Source: Monocercomonoides exilis PA203 (taxonomy: Eukaryota > Protista > Preaxostyla). From it: 64,000 nucleotides of DNA. Of this stretch, positions 61,792 to 64,000 are shown piece by piece. Both the position numbers and the translations under genes were made by a program. The notes under the pieces are model-generated. The model saw only the letters and a program-made list of their open reading frames with translations. It was not told where the DNA came from and did not search any database. Each line of letters begins with the position of its first letter. Position 1 is the first letter of the stretch. The DNA lies in assembly GCA_001643675.2 (NCBI GenBank), contig LSRY02000017.1:62001-126000 (forward strand), read 5' to 3'.

Positions 61792-63005
61792 ATGGCTGCA
61801 ACAGCAGAAGTCAAAATTGTGATTGTTGGAGATGGTGCAGTGGTTTGCTTTATTTTTTCATGTTTTATTTCCAGTTTTAAAACCGAATATTATTTGCGTC
61901 TTTGCATCTTTTGGTGAATTTTTGTAATTTTTTGTTTTTAAAGGGGAAAACTGCATTAATGATTATGTATTCCCAAGGAACATTTCCAGTTGGTATGCTC
62001 ATATTTTGTGCGTTAATTTCTTGTTCTTATTATTGTTGTTCATTTTTTATTTGGAACATATTATTTTGTATTGTTTAATTTTTTACAGATTACATTCCAA
62101 CTGTTTACGATGATTATAACAAATCTGAAACGTACAAAGATCAATTAGTTAATTTGGTATTTTATTTTTTTTCAAAAAAAAAATATTTTCTTTGATTGCA
62201 ACCTGTGAAATTTTTTTAGGTGTTATGGGATACTGCTGGGCAAGAAGAATACGATGCTATAAGGTTTGCTTAGTGCTTTTTATTGTATTCATGTTATTTG
62301 CATGATACTTAATTATTTTAAAGAACTCTTTCATATGATAAAACAAATGTATTTTTGGTTGCGTTTTGTTGCACTCAGCGAGAGTCATTACTTCGATGCA
62401 AAACTAAGGTACAATTTTTATCAATTTAGTGCATTTATTTTTCTTTAATTCTTATTATTTTCATTTTTTTTTACAATTAACTGTTTTGAATTTGCAAAGT
62501 GGTATCCCGAACTGAAGAAATATTTTTCTGGAGAGCCTCCTCCAATTGTTTTAGTTGGAACAAAGTGCGATTTGAGGGATATGGATCCTTCTTCTCCAAA
62601 TGCAGTCAAAGATAATGAAGTATGAAAGTTAAGAAATATGATTAAGAATAGACAAATATTAAAGAAAAAAATAATATCATTACAATTTGTTTATTGAAAT
62701 TTGTATAATGTGTTTTATTTTTCACTTTATATTTTGTACCATATTGTTTTCTTTTATTGATTTCAATTATTGAATATTTATTATTAATTGTTAATATTCT
62801 TTTATTTAAAATCCTTAATTTCTTATTTATTTATTTATTTATTTATTTTTATTAGATTAAAGAAATAATGAGGGACATAGGAGCTAAGGCGTATATAACT
62901 TGTTCGGCGAAGAGTGGAATTAGAGTTGCAGAAGTCTTTAAGACTGCACTTGATGTGCATTTTGAAAAGGACAATCAATCAGAAGGATGTTGTTCCATAT
63001 TGTAA
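61792..63005 (+). CDS. Rho/Rac-family small GTPase, 7 exons (introns 61843-61943, 61993-62088, 62157-62219, 62264-62323, 62409-62499, 62620-62855)
   Basis: Spliced: MAATAEVKIVIVGDGAV|GKTALMIMYSQGTFPV|DYIPTVYDDY..|VLWDTAGQEEYDAIR|TLSY..|WYPELK..IVLVGTKCDLR..|..TCSAK..GCCSIL* with a CaaX box. The ORF track misses it. Confidence 0.95.
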
Positions 63006-64000
63006 TATAACACTTCTTAAAAATTTCGAAGTTACTATCTTATCTTTCTTTCTTCGAATATTCCTGTTAAATACCAGCATGTTTAAATCTTTGTCCTGCT
63101 CTTATCTTCAATCCCCATTAATCATCTTGCTTTGAAAGAAGTTAACTTAACAGAAAAAGAAAAATATGGAAATAATAAGTTGGCTATTGAATAATTCGTT
63201 TGATGGCAGTTTGTTCAAATAGAATAGAAAAATGATCACATGTAATTCATCAAAAATTCAAATAATATTTTTTTGTGTGTGTTTCTTTTGTAAAACTAAC
63301 GCAATTTTCTATTTCAGTTTCTGTCTATTTTGGGCAACATACGAAATTTTTTATGCATGTTTTTATTCAACATTTTGGACTTTTTTCCTTTTTTTCTTTT
63401 TCTTTTTTTAAATTGTTAAACTTTCGATCTTTTGAAGAAAGATTTATATCTTTTTCTCTTTTCAAGCATTGTTTTTTCATATCGCAAGACTTTATTTTAA
63501 TATTTGAATTGACGTATTTCACAATTTTGAAAGTACCATAAGTGCAAAAAATTGCAAATGTTTCATAAGGTAATTATAATCAATATCTCATTCTTTGAAT
63601 ATTAAGTTGCAACAAAAGACTGCACTTCACTCAATTTTTTCGAAGTAATTGACACTTCAACAAAAATCATTTTCTGGGGAAATTCATTAGTTATAAAAAT
63701 TCTTTGAAAAATTGTTGATTTTTTTTTTGTGAACTTGCAATGTGCTCTGTTGATCTATCTTTCGTCTGGAGTCATTTATTTTATCATTATTTTCCTTCGA
63801 AATTGAATGTTATATCGTGATTTTATATTTTTTTAAAAAATTATCCATATTGTTTTTTTTTTTTTTTTTTTTTTTTTGACAGACAAATGATTTCTTGACT
63901 TGTCATGTTACAGAAATGTGAATATGGCATTTTCGATTATGCAGGCCAATACGTTTGATATCAATTATTTTTATGCGGTGTTGATTTATTATAAAATTTT

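Overview
Eukaryotic, intron-containing, AT-rich genomic DNA using the standard genetic code. It most resembles an oxymonad such as Monocercomonoides; this is an inference from the short AT-rich introns, the poly-Ser expansions and a gene family I recall from that genome at 45060-46507. Genes were reconstructed by hand across GT-AG introns: a giant 5'-truncated TLDc (OXR1-like) protein, a FAR-17a/AIG1-type membrane protein, CCT2, a divergent TM9SF/EMP70 nonaspanin, a membrane-anchored xxxLxxG heptad protein, a 2581-aa unknown protein with a decayed paralog tail-to-tail, a pyruvate decarboxylase-family enzyme, an LRR-only TBCE-like protein, an orphan C-terminal fragment of an axonemal dynein heavy chain, a multicopy-family gene, a zinc-finger protein, a ~3,450-aa Pmp-like surface protein and a 7-exon Rho-family GTPase. 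The most striking observations are (1) the dynein heavy-chain fragment, which begins abruptly in the AAA6 lid at a good 3' splice site ~210 bp from an oppositely oriented gene, with no upstream dynein exons in the window (split gene or trans-splicing candidate); (2) a cluster of foldback/MITE-like elements at 9.4-11.1 kb; and (3) mutually complementary (TCT)n/(GAA)n coding tracts inserted into loops of otherwise conserved proteins. Most short ORFs in the supplied track are shadows of these low-complexity tracts.
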